A stretch of DNA of 64,000 nucleotides, from positions 14,791 to 78,790 of the forward strand of contig CAZCDW010000001.1 of NCBI GenBank assembly GCA_964497485.1, in the 5' to 3' direction. Source of the stretch: an uncultured Bifidobacterium sp. (GTDB lineage Bacteria > Pseudomonadota > Gammaproteobacteria > Burkholderiales > Burkholderiaceae_D). The translations under genes were made by a program, and so were the position numbers. Positions 1 to 8,194 of this stretch are shown here, piece after piece (the first letter of the stretch is position 1; every line of letters begins with the position of its first letter). The notes beneath the pieces are model-generated. The model was not told the DNA's origin. It did no database searches and saw only the letters and a list, made by a program, of their open reading frames with translations.

Positions 1-42
1 CCTGTATAATGGATACTATCAACCAAGAGAAAGAGAAACCCT

Positions 43-468
43 ATGTCGCAAGACCGCTACTCACAGAGAACCTTTGGCACTATCGTTCACGTCCTAGACG
101 TTGAGAAGGCTACTGAGTTTATTAAGAACCGCTTTGAGAACCCAGAAGCAAACATTACGGCAGAGCGTATGGCTGTCGTCAATGGCGAGAAAGGTTTGGC
201 TACTGTTATAACCGAAGGTGTCGGTTGGTTCGCAGACAAAGATGGTGGCATTCCTATCAACTACTTTGGTAAGAATGGTAACAACGGATACATTGACATT
301 ACCGCCGAAGAGTTGAAGACCCTAATCAGTGATGAAACTATTGACCTTGCTGACCACGTTCGGGTATTTGGCGACCGCCTAGAAACTAACCTTTACATCT
401 GGCAATCCTACGCTAAGGGATACCCACAGGATAAAATGTCGTTGGTTACTGCTACAATGGTAGCCTAA
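43..468 (+). CDS. hypothetical early protein
   Basis: 141-aa ORF after TGTATAAT and the AAGAGAAAGAG leader. Confidence 0.7.
   Translation: MSQDRYSQRTFGTIVHVLDVEKATEFIKNRFENPEANITAERMAVVNGEKGLATVITEGVGWFADKDGGIPINYFGKNGNNGYIDITAEELKTLISDETIDLADHVRVFGDRLETNLYIWQSYAKGYPQDKMSLVTATMVA
435..458 (+). promoter_or_regulatory. early-type promoter AATGTC-N12-TAnAAT (other copies 1357-1380, 2327-2350, 3656-3679, 4115-4138)
   Basis: five copies with identical 12-nt spacing; four precede + strand genes. Confidence 0.7.
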
Positions 469-482
469 GAGAAAGAGAAGCA

Positions 483-680
483 ATGCCTAGATACAATGTT
501 CAAATGATGATTGAGTTTTCTGGCGAGATTGAAGCCGAGAGCGAAGAAGCAGCCGAGCAACTTGCTTGGACTTCGTGGGGTGAAACCTACGAAAGTCCTA
601 TCGTTTATGACGGAGTGTATTCCATTGATGTAGAAGAAATCGAAGAACACGAAGACGAAGACGAGGAAGACGAGGAGTGA
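483..680 (+). CDS. small acidic protein, DpnD/PcfM-like EAxSEEEA motif
   Basis: IEAESEEAAEQLA motif shared with the ORFs at 1410 and 1981. Confidence 0.65.
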   Translation: MPRYNVQMMIEFSGEIEAESEEAAEQLAWTSWGETYESPIVYDGVYSIDVEEIEEHEDEDEEDEE

Positions 681-878
681 TACCTGTTCGCAAACTCAAA
701 GGAGACGGAGACTACGACTTCTACGATTGTAGAGAATGTGGTAGACGTTGGAAATCAACCGCCAAGAAGATAGGACATAAACAATGTCGAAGAAAGTAGA
801 TTGTGAACACACTTTCATTTGTGATTATTGCATTAATTGTGGTGCTTATTATATTCGTAAACCAATAAAGGAGCAGCA

Positions 879-1022
879 GTGAACGAAGAACTAGAAAAAA
901 TGATTGCCGAAAAAGAAGAGCGTATGGAACGCATTTGGGATATTGTAAAGACGTGGGACTACAAGACCTATCGTCAAGCCCAGATGATGTTTGCTCCTGT
1001 GGAGAGTGATGAAGATGAATGA
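879..1022 (+). CDS. small hypothetical protein (47 aa)
   Basis: AAGGAG SD, GTG start, hand-translated VNEELEKMIAEKEERMERIW. Confidence 0.55.
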   Translation: MNEELEKMIAEKEERMERIWDIVKTWDYKTYRQAQMMFAPVESDEDE

Positions 1023-1125
1023 TAACTTTATCTTGGAACGACCCGAAGAAATGAGCGACTCATCTTGGGAAGCCCTGTGCGACGCTCTGCAACTATACGC
1101 TGATGAGTGGGAAGATGAAGAGTGA
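1015..1125 (+). CDS. small acidic hypothetical protein (36 aa)
   Basis: overlaps previous stop; MNDNFILERPEEMSDSSWEALC. Confidence 0.45.
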   Translation: MNDNFILERPEEMSDSSWEALCDALQLYADEWEDEE

Positions 1126-1252
1126 AAAAGAAACTATCCTGGAACTCATTGACTCATTCATTGAGATTCCAAATGTGGATAGCCTTCCTACAACGACTAT
1201 TCTAAATATGCTACGGCTACGGATTGTTGACCCTTACTTCTATGAGAAGTAG
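1115..1252 (+). CDS. small hypothetical protein (45 aa)
   Basis: overlapping start/stop chain; MKSEKETILELIDSFIE. Confidence 0.45.
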   Translation: MKSEKETILELIDSFIEIPNVDSLPTTTILNMLRLRIVDPYFYEK

Positions 1253-1409
1253 GGGCTTCAATTTCTGCGCCGATTTTCATTATGTAAAGTAGCCATGCTA
1301 AACATCTGCACCCGATTACGAAGAGGCAAAAAATTTCCCAGAAATTGGGTATTTACAATGTCGGTGGTAGGGTGTATAATTGAAACCTAACCAAGAGAAA
1401 GAGACCCCT

Positions 1410-1943
1410 ATGCACACTTTACAATGGATTGTTGTTGAAGCAGACGACGAAGAGACTGCAGCAGCAGAAGCCGAACGACTACTAGAAGAAGCAATGGGTG
1501 ACAGCGAAAACCCTGCCAGTTGGTATGACTGGTTCGTAGTTGGTGGCGGACGTTGGAACCAAATGCAAGACCCTTACCACAACTCTACCAACATGATTAT
1601 CAGTTACGACAAAGACCCTAATGGTTTCCGAGCAAAGATTGACAAGGCTATTGAGTATCGGGTAGAGGAATACAACCGTCTATTTGCTGAAGTCAAGGAA
1701 CACAACATTCTTGACAAACTAGATAACTATGGTGGCGTAATGAATTACGACCCAATGTTCTACTCCCTCAAGAACCTTATCCGTTTCCAGTCTGGAGATT
1801 GGTTCTATGACAGTGCCTTCTTTGACTTTACAGCCTGGTCTACCAACGCTACTCACATTCTTAGTAAGTTGGATAACCATGACCTAGTTACCCCGAAAAC
1901 TGTGTCAAAGTTTTTCCTTGTCCCTATTGACTTCCACTTCTAA
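1410..1943 (+). CDS. hypothetical phage protein (WYDWFVVGGGRW motif)
   Basis: ATG 1410 after leader motif and promoter at 1357-1380. Confidence 0.75.
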   Translation: MHTLQWIVVEADDEETAAAEAERLLEEAMGDSENPASWYDWFVVGGGRWNQMQDPYHNSTNMIISYDKDPNGFRAKIDKAIEYRVEEYNRLFAEVKEHNILDKLDNYGGVMNYDPMFYSLKNLIRFQSGDWFYDSAFFDFTAWSTNATHILSKLDNHDLVTPKTVSKFFLVPIDFHF

Positions 1944-1980
1944 ACCTGCTATACTAGAAACCCAAGAGAAAGAGACCCCA

Positions 1981-2190
1981 ATGGCAACATTTGAAGTTAC
2001 CGTATCCTTCCACTTCGACACCGAGTATGAGGTGGAAGCAGATAGTTACGAAGAAGCAGAAGCAGAAGCCCTACGCCTAGCCGAAGAGTGGAAACCTTAT
2101 TCATCTGAACTAGGATACACTCACGACTGGTATTCAGTGGACATTGAGAATGTTCACACCAATGATGACTTGGATGACGAAGATGAGTGA
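1981..2190 (+). CDS. small acidic protein, DpnD/PcfM-like
   Basis: VEADSYEEAEAEA motif; TTGACT-17-TATACT promoter and leader motif upstream. Confidence 0.7.
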   Translation: MATFEVTVSFHFDTEYEVEADSYEEAEAEALRLAEEWKPYSSELGYTHDWYSVDIENVHTNDDLDDEDE

Positions 2191-2404
2191 TTGCGAACAT
2201 GACAAATTAGTTTGTCCTGCACACCGTGGCTCCTTTGACTGCACACCCTTCTGCAAAATCTGTGAAGGCAATACCGAATACTGTCAGACCTGTGACTCAT
2301 GGGAAGCAGGAATCGCCATGGTATTAAATGTCGTAGGTGACATGTATAATAGTGGTAAGTATAACCAAGAAACCCTAGAAGAATTGAGGCAACGAATTGT
2401 CTAA
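2183..2404 (+). CDS. Cys-rich putative zinc-binding protein
   Basis: several CxxC/CxxH pairs; start overlaps previous stop. Confidence 0.6.
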   Translation: MSDCEHDKLVCPAHRGSFDCTPFCKICEGNTEYCQTCDSWEAGIAMVLNVVGDMYNSGKYNQETLEELRQRIV

Positions 2405-2753
2405 GACAATTACTAACCAAGAGTGGGAAGACACCTATCTTCCTATGACTAACCAGATAACTAACGATGGCATTGCTTACGAGACGTATGGCGATGAACT
2501 TGACTATGTATCACAGCAGGACGAGAAGTTTGTCTGGACTGAGATGGATGGCGACAACGGTGTTTACATCGTCAGTGGGTTCCACTACGTCAATCGTATT
2601 CAATACTACATTACCAACGTACCGTGGACAGAAGACACCGAGATTGTCGTGTGTGAGTATCTTGATTGTGATTGCTACGACGGCGACGTGGACCCTAAGA
2701 ACAACTGTCCAGAATGCGGTGGCACTGGAACCAAGACTGTGTGGGGTGACTAA
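2397..2753 (+). CDS. hypothetical protein with C-terminal CxxCxGxG zinc ribbon
   Basis: CDC...CPECGGTG. Confidence 0.7.
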   Translation: MSKTITNQEWEDTYLPMTNQITNDGIAYETYGDELDYVSQQDEKFVWTEMDGDNGVYIVSGFHYVNRIQYYITNVPWTEDTEIVVCEYLDCDCYDGDVDPKNNCPECGGTGTKTVWGD

Positions 2754-3118
2754 TGGAAAAAGACTGGGACCTGAATATCTTCTTCAGAGAAGACTACGAC
2801 GTTGAAACTGACGAGACTACATGGGACGACGTTATAACTATCAATCCTGTAGTTTATTCGTGGGATGCAGAACGTTCTGACAATTGGTATACTGACATTC
2901 TGTTTACCACCACGTTTGCAGAAGCACGTTACCTTCGAAGCGAGTATCCTGAGAACGAGTACGGTATGGACTGGACAGATAGTCTGCAGAACTTTCTAGA
3001 GATTGCTCCTCCGAGACTGAAGGCATTGCTTGGGACCCTACCCAATGCATATGACACTGATGAGATAAATAGAATTGGTGGGTTGAGAGTACTCCCTACC
3101 ACTGACGGACAAGGTTAG
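2753..3118 (+). CDS. hypothetical acidic protein
   Basis: TAATG coupling with upstream ORF. Confidence 0.7.
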   Translation: MEKDWDLNIFFREDYDVETDETTWDDVITINPVVYSWDAERSDNWYTDILFTTTFAEARYLRSEYPENEYGMDWTDSLQNFLEIAPPRLKALLGTLPNAYDTDEINRIGGLRVLPTTDGQG

Positions 3119-3138
3119 GGGTTTCTGCGTCCGTCACA

Positions 3139-3177
3139 TGTGGGGGGTATGAGTAATTACTACTTGTATCCCCCACA
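3139..3177 (+). terminator. 17-bp RNA hairpin (terminator or processing stem)
   Basis: TGTGGGGGGTATGAGTA / TACTTGTATCCCCCACA pair fully with three G-U on the + strand, followed by ACATTTT. Confidence 0.55.
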
Positions 3178-3214
3178 ACATTTTGGTATAATAGAGATAA
3201 GAGAATAGAGAAAA

Positions 3215-3415
3215 GTGAAGAAGACGAATGAAGAGAAATTTGTTACAGTAGTTAGTAATCTTATTAGTGACTTGAGATTTGACTTAGATGTAGCAGGAAA
3301 GTATTTAGCGTGGTATCTGCCTAATGTAGCATACAGAAGGTTTATGGTCATAGCAGAAGCCGCTAAGGAAGAACGAGAAGGAAAGAAACATGAGCGAGAC
3401 AGACTTTCAGAGTAA
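3215..3415 (+). CDS. hypothetical protein
   Basis: 66 aa, TGGTATAAT and leader variant upstream. Confidence 0.65.
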   Translation: MKKTNEEKFVTVVSNLISDLRFDLDVAGKYLAWYLPNVAYRRFMVIAEAAKEEREGKKHERDRLSE

Positions 3416-3656
3416 GGCTAGTATCCTTGCCGAGTTATGGATGAACTATAGAGAAGATACCAACTTTGCTGATTTCTTTTCTTATAACGACTTAGGGCTA
3501 CCGTTGGCATACCTAGTGAATGCTGGTGTCGTAAAGTCTACCGAAATGTCTAATAGGTTTATTGAAGAAACGTTTGCTCTGCTCCTAGCCAGTCTAGAAG
3601 TAGAAGACGAGGGCTTTAGCGACCTAGATGACATATTCATTTCAGCACCAAGATAA
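3390..3656 (+). CDS. hypothetical protein
   Basis: 88 aa, overlaps previous ORF. Confidence 0.7.
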   Translation: MSETDFQSKASILAELWMNYREDTNFADFFSYNDLGLPLAYLVNAGVVKSTEMSNRFIEETFALLLASLEVEDEGFSDLDDIFISAPR

Positions 3657-3685
3657 ATGTCGTAGGGTAGGAGTATAATAGCACT

Positions 3686-3883
3686 ATGGAAAATAAAGTT
3701 GATTTCACATTTACACGCAAGCAAGTAGAAGATTGGGCTGACCGACCTATCACCGATAGGGAGTGGGAAGTTATGGCTAGTGAGTTGGAGAGTGCCTTAG
3801 AGTATTATCTTGGCGAAGAAATCCAGCGACTATGGCTAGACATAGACACGCTCATTGAAGAAGACGACAACACGTCTTTCTAG
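3686..3883 (+). CDS. hypothetical protein, probably leaderless
   Basis: ATG 7 nt after TATAAT at 3674-3679. Confidence 0.65.
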   Translation: MENKVDFTFTRKQVEDWADRPITDREWEVMASELESALEYYLGEEIQRLWLDIDTLIEEDDNTSF

Positions 3884-4020
3884 TTATATAAACAGTTATC
3901 CCCTTGCCACCAGGCATCGGGATTTCTGCGCAGATTATAACAATTCTATAACGGCTATTGACAAATGGCAAAAAGTATGATAGATAAATCCCAAACAGGA
4001 TAAATAGCCTTATAAAAGGT

Positions 4021-4440
4021 ATTACGATGGGGCTAAATTTTTCCCCAAATTCTTATTTGTTTATATAGACATATCCAGGTATTACGAACCCCAAAATATT
4101 TTTCCCCGAAATATAATGTCAGTGGTATGTGGTATATGTTCTACTAGGGGTATTACGAACCATCTTTATCTACCCCCGAATGGGGGCTGGCGAAGCCAGG
4201 GTATTACGAAGCACCTCTTGATTTCCCCTAGTAGAATATACATTATATATACATTACGAACCCCTATTTATTTTCCCCATATTTGTTTATATTTATTGAT
4301 AATTATTCTCATTAACATATATAAATGTTTATTTTATTTATAAAAACATTACGATTTTATAACAAATTTGGGGCTATGGGAATATCACAATTTTATAACG
4401 ATATGGGGATTTGGGGAAATGATTACGAAGCCTATTAGTG
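4021..4440 (+). repeat. bipartite direct repeats ATTACGA-N14/16-CCCC
   Basis: copies at 4021, 4081, 4152, 4203, 4253, partial at 4348 and 4422; outliers near 1315 and 4782. Confidence 0.8.
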
Positions 4441-4515
4441 ATTTGCACTATTACACACTATTTATTTCAACATCCATATTCTTAATGAAAACCATTATCA
4501 ACAGTAATATTTATC

Positions 4516-4610
4516 TGTGGATAAGTCTGTGGATAACTTTAGTTTACTTGTGGATATGTGTGCATAAAGCACACTAAGGCGTAGCCATAACTACTTATTT
4601 CTGTGCATAA
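4516..4610 (-). promoter_or_regulatory. cluster of DnaA-box-like 9-mers
   Basis: TTATCCACA at 4516-4524 and 4528-4536, ATATCCACA at 4549-4557, TTATGCACA at 4559-4567 and 4602-4610 (reverse strand). Confidence 0.7.
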
Positions 4611-4813
4611 ATTTGGGGGTATCAAAGGTAATCCCTATTCCAAATAGGTGTTTTGGGGTGTTAGCCCTTATCAGCCATATGCCTTTATCCTTGAAAAAAG
4701 ATATGTCATAAGGCTTGGGTGCTCTTATTAGTTTAAAGTGTCTAAAGTGTATTCTCATTAGGTGTATTCTTTCTACTAGGGATTACAAAGCATCTTTTGT
4801 ATGCCCCGAATTT

Positions 4814-5092
4814 TTACAGGATATTAACATCATTGATTAACCAGATAGTCTCACACATAGGACAGTCTGGAAGACAGGTTGGTTTGTCATTTCCCCATAT
4901 CCTGTGATGCCAGAAGTCTGTGTCTATTAGTCTTAGTATGCGTTCTCTTTCATGTTCTCTACCAGCAGCGATAGCAACATGCATGTCTGCATGATTATAG
5001 ACGTATGGATTGTTAACAGGTTTACTATCTATCATCTTAGCCAATGCATCATAGATGGCTTCTGCTGTTAAGTCCTTAAACTCACTCACCAT
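4814..5092 (-). CDS. hypothetical protein (GREHERERIL motif, C-terminal Cys cluster)
   Basis: probable start MVSEF overlapping upstream stop. Confidence 0.6.
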   Translation of the reverse strand: MVSEFKDLTAEAIYDALAKMIDSKPVNNPYVYNHADMHVAIAAGREHERERILRLIDTDFWHHRIWGNDKPTCLPDCPMCETIWLINDVNIL

Positions 5093-5669
5093 TAGACACA
5101 TCTCTGAAACGCTTTGGAGGGTGTGTTTCTCCACCTGGATTCCATAGCACTTCGTTCTCATTGTAGAACCTAGCCATTACGAACATCAGGTCTGACAGCC
5201 TATTTAGGTATTTTGCTACTAGAGGATTTACTTCTCTGCTGATTGCCCATACCCTGCGTTCTGCTCTTCGAACAATTGTTCTAGCGACGTGAAGCAGTGC
5301 TGATGTTTGTGTGCCTCCAGGCATTACGAAGGAGCGTAGCGGTTCCAGAACCATGTTGTAGGTATCAATCTCAAACTCAAGATTCTTAACCATTTCTTCT
5401 GTTACTCGTAGTTTGCCATCACCTTCGGTGTATGGTGTACATAGGTCTGCACCTACATCAAAGAGTTCATTCTGTAACCTATTAAGAACTGCCTTCCCAT
5501 TGTCCCCATACTTGCCGAAAGCAAGTACCATACCAATAGCAGCGTTTGCTTCATCTACTGTAGAGTATGCTTCAATTAGTGGGTCAGTCTTGGATACCCT
5601 GGAATTATCTCCCAGAGCAGTTGTTCCGTCGTCACCAGTCTTGGTGTAGATTTTACTTAGAATTACCAT
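5082..5669 (-). CDS. pduO: ATP:cob(I)alamin adenosyltransferase, PduO type
   Basis: KIYTKTGDDGTT, TVDEANAAIG, QNELFDVGADL, ARTIVRRAERR, YLNRLSD motifs. Confidence 0.95.
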   Translation of the reverse strand: MVILSKIYTKTGDDGTTALGDNSRVSKTDPLIEAYSTVDEANAAIGMVLAFGKYGDNGKAVLNRLQNELFDVGADLCTPYTEGDGKLRVTEEMVKNLEFEIDTYNMVLEPLRSFVMPGGTQTSALLHVARTIVRRAERRVWAISREVNPLVAKYLNRLSDLMFVMARFYNENEVLWNPGGETHPPKRFRDVSNGE

Positions 5670-5761
5670 ACTTCTCCTTTAGCAATAGGATTGCACCATA
5701 TAGATTGATACCACTCTTCTGGTTCAGCAATCCCTCTAGGAACTTAATCATTTCTGCTTCT

Positions 5762-6004
5762 TTACTCATTTTTCCATCCAATCGGTTCTGTATCTGGTTC
5801 GTGCTTCTTAATTGCTTCAAGGATTTCCTTGCGAGTGTATGGGTCTTCCTTAAGCCAGTCTATATCGTGGATAAACTTATTAACCTTATCCATAATCTGC
5901 TTCTGGTTCTCTTCCATACCTGCTTCAAATCCGTGTTCCCAGCCAAGGTCGTAACCTTGCTGGACTAAACGTAAACGCCATTTAAATATCTTAGGCAACT
6001 GCAT
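5762..6004 (-). CDS. hypothetical protein
   Basis: GYDLGWEHGFEAG motif; coupled to upstream gene. Confidence 0.6.
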   Translation of the reverse strand: MQLPKIFKWRLRLVQQGYDLGWEHGFEAGMEENQKQIMDKVNKFIHDIDWLKEDPYTRKEILEAIKKHEPDTEPIGWKNE

Positions 6005-6488
6005 AATTTTCCTCGTGTGCAACCCAATAGTACTTACAAGGTTCTTTGCGGTTAGGGCAACATGGGTTGCTTTTCGCTAACGAACTAAAGAAGTCAAAGT
6101 AGTATATTGGGTCTTTCTTGTATAGGTTCGCTTTGTGTGTAGTGGTAAGACGTTTCATCTTAACATCATCTTCATACCAAGCAGGGATAGTAAATCCCCA
6201 GTCAATTGCGTGGGTGTTAATAAGGTCTACAATGTTCTGCATGTTCTTATCGGTCTTAATACCACGCTTGTTTGCTTCCTTAACCATAGACATAGTGTAG
6301 TCAAGTAGTAAGTGTTCAAAGCCACGCCACATCTTCACGGCTGGATGGTTACGCCATCCTGCTCGTGGGTCTGGATTGGATAGAACCTTAAGAATCTGGT
6401 AACACTCTAGAATCTGCTTGTTAAGACGCTTACTGTCTAGTGCTTGTGCAGACTTGTCGAAGTCTTTGTAAGGTAAAAAGGTTTGCAT
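5991..6488 (-). CDS. pyrimidine-dimer DNA glycosylase / MSMEG_6728-like
   Basis: MQTFLPY, LDSKRLNKQILE, WRNHPAVKMWRG, HKANL motifs. Confidence 0.85.
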   Translation of the reverse strand: MQTFLPYKDFDKSAQALDSKRLNKQILECYQILKVLSNPDPRAGWRNHPAVKMWRGFEHLLLDYTMSMVKEANKRGIKTDKNMQNIVDLINTHAIDWGFTIPAWYEDDVKMKRLTTTHKANLYKKDPIYYFDFFSSLAKSNPCCPNRKEPCKYYWVAHEENYAVA

Positions 6489-6519
6489 ACGTTCTCTCTC
6501 GTTTAATGGACCTTATAAT

Positions 6520-6548
6520 ATTATACAGGATACTCGCTTGCTTGTCAA
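6520..6548 (-). promoter_or_regulatory. sigma70/SigA consensus promoter
   Basis: TTGACA-17-TATAAT. Confidence 0.85.
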
Positions 6549-6560
6549 GCGGAGGGACCT

Positions 6561-6755
6561 CTATACCGCCGAACTTTTTTCCGCCGAGTTTTCAACGAAA
6601 TCTAAAAGTGTTTTATACTGAATAAAGCCTAGCCCTGTACGCTTTGCTTCTGCAGTCAAGAAGTCAACGAGACGTTCACGCTCATTGAGTATACCAATAA
6701 CATATGAGGTAAGGTCAGTTACCCCTTGTACATCTAAATCATTTAACTTGCCCAT
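6561..6755 (-). CDS. hypothetical protein
   Basis: 64 aa, TAATG coupling. Confidence 0.55.
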   Translation of the reverse strand: MGKLNDLDVQGVTDLTSYVIGILNERERLVDFLTAEAKRTGLGFIQYKTLLDFVENSAEKSSAV

Positions 6756-7051
6756 TAAAATCCTTCGTTCTCTAGGTCTTGCTGATATTTCTTTTCGTCA
6801 TATGGCTCAACAACAAAGTTAAGATACTCAATAATCTCCTTAACCATCTTGGCATTAGCCATCTTGTTCTGTGCCATGTACGCATCGAACAGCATGTTAA
6901 GACGAGTCTTCATGTTCTCCTCTTTAGCATCCCATCCTTCTTGCCACGATGTATCGCCAGCCTGGGCAGCATCGTAGCCGTCACTCCAACCTTCGTCATA
7001 CTTCTGGTCAGCGAGTTTCTCAACTTGTTTAATAATCTTTTTCATTCCCAT
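6755..7051 (-). CDS. hypothetical protein, leaderless
   Basis: ATG 7 nt after -10; YDEGWSDGY motif. Confidence 0.65.
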   Translation of the reverse strand: MGMKKIIKQVEKLADQKYDEGWSDGYDAAQAGDTSWQEGWDAKEENMKTRLNMLFDAYMAQNKMANAKMVKEIIEYLNFVVEPYDEKKYQQDLENEGF

Positions 7052-7057
7052 GTATCC

Positions 7058-7096
7058 ATTATAAAGCATACGCAACCCCATGTCAAGTGCTATAAT
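7058..7096. promoter_or_regulatory. divergent promoters
   Basis: - strand TTGACA-17-TATAAT (7086-7058); + strand TGCTATAAT before ATG 7103. Confidence 0.75.
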
Positions 7097-7102
7097 GTAA
7101 GT

Positions 7103-7297
7103 ATGTCAGATAAATTTCAGTATCCTATTTTTCCAGACCGTATCTATACCATCGCACTAGATGGGGAGAAGGTAGAGGTCTTGGGTCAGGACATTGTTAA
7201 TATTGTTCCTGAAATGCTTATGAAGAAGTATGTTCAGGCTTGCTTTGGATACGAAGTAATTCCATTTGACAAGACACAAGAAAGTTTGGTAGAATAA
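7103..7297 (+). CDS. hypothetical protein
   Basis: leaderless start MSDKFQYP. Confidence 0.6.
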   Translation: MSDKFQYPIFPDRIYTIALDGEKVEVLGQDIVNIVPEMLMKKYVQACFGYEVIPFDKTQESLVE

Positions 7298-7298
7298 T

Positions 7299-7412
7299 AT
7301 GGCTGCTAAAAAAGCATCAGTTCGTAACAGCAACCGTCAGAACGGCAAGGCTTCAAAGAAGTCTCCTAAAGTTTTTGACCCTGCAAAGCGTAGACTAGTA
7401 AAGGTTAGTTAA
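7299..7412 (+). CDS. small basic protein (37 aa)
   Basis: MAAKKASVRNSNRQNGKASKKSPKVFDPAKRRLVKVS after TTGACA-18-TAGAAT. Confidence 0.55.
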   Translation: MAAKKASVRNSNRQNGKASKKSPKVFDPAKRRLVKVS

Positions 7413-7589
7413 ATGGATAGAAGGACTCGTAGAGACAACGAGCGTATTGTTAATACAATTAAAAAGAAGGCTACTAAAGATACTGAGAATTGGATTCTCT
7501 CCTTGTCTTCCCCACCAACACACGCAGAGGTTCTGGCATTTCAGGCTGGATACATTGCTGGAATGAACCGTGGAAGTAACCGTGCGTGA
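7413..7589 (+). CDS. small hypothetical protein
   Basis: hand-translated 58 aa, AFQAGYIAG motif. Confidence 0.55.
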   Translation: MDRRTRRDNERIVNTIKKKATKDTENWILSLSSPPTHAEVLAFQAGYIAGMNRGSNRA

Positions 7590-7743
7590 TTTTAAGAACC
7601 CTTATTACGATGGTCCAGATTGTGTCTGTTGCCATCACATTAAAGAGGACGCAGTGAAAGAAATTATTAAGATGCTCCAAGAGCAGGACTCAGTATGTTC
7701 TGACTGGGTTATCGGTCTAATTGAGAAAGAGGTTGAAGCATGA
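7582..7743 (+). CDS. small Cys/His protein
   Basis: hand-translated, DCVCCHH; overlapping chain. Confidence 0.45.
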   Translation: MRDFKNPYYDGPDCVCCHHIKEDAVKEIIKMLQEQDSVCSDWVIGLIEKEVEA

Positions 7744-7868
7744 GTTGGATAGAACTATTAGTTATTATTATTGGCGTACCAATCATTGTTGCTATGGCTT
7801 GGGCAGTAGACAAAAAGAAAAAGAGTGAGTCGGAAGACTACTTTACACTGGACGACGACGACTTCTAA
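7740..7868 (+). CDS. small single-pass membrane protein
   Basis: ATGA overlap; LLVIIIGVPIIVAMAWAV followed by KKKK. Confidence 0.55.
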   Translation: MSWIELLVIIIGVPIIVAMAWAVDKKKKSESEDYFTLDDDDF

Positions 7869-8011
7869 TGGCTAAGTTTGGTTGGTGTCTAACAGGACAC
7901 CATGACATTTGTTTGACCACTATTGATTCTGGGAGAATAAGTTGTACCTGTCACTGTCATTCTCTGGTGCAGCAGGATACTGCTCCTGACACTCCAAGCA
8001 ATAGTGAGTAG
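7868..8011 (+). CDS. small Cys/His-rich protein
   Basis: TAATG coupling; WCLTGHHDIC...CTCHCH. Confidence 0.45.
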   Translation: MAKFGWCLTGHHDICLTTIDSGRISCTCHCHSLVQQDTAPDTPSNSE

Positions 8012-8141
8012 GCTTAAAGTCAAATGCTTTTGGCGTACCGCCTAAGACAATCTCATCTCTCTTAGCCTTTTCAATCATATCCATTGTGGGAAATCCGTAA
8101 ACCACATCAACTAAAGGATTATTACATAAAGGACAATTCAT
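7920..8141 (-). CDS. zinc-ribbon protein
   Basis: CPLC...VVYGFP...LGG...CLEC. Confidence 0.65.
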   Translation of the reverse strand: MNCPLCNNPLVDVVYGFPTMDMIEKAKRDEIVLGGTPKAFDFKPTHYCLECQEQYPAAPENDSDRYNLFSQNQ

Positions 8142-8194
8142 ACTTTTAGTATACCATACTTGACCTTTGCCTGTCAATGCTGTATAATGGACTT

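Noticed and set aside
4021-4440. Repeat array as CRISPR or TIGR-type guide array
   Set aside because: Repeats are only 7+4 nt, degenerate and irregularly spaced; no cas1/cas2 or Nop-domain gene in the window
4116-4577. ORFs 4116-4343 and 4368-4577
   Set aside because: Low-complexity translations of the repeat and DnaA-box region, with no RBS
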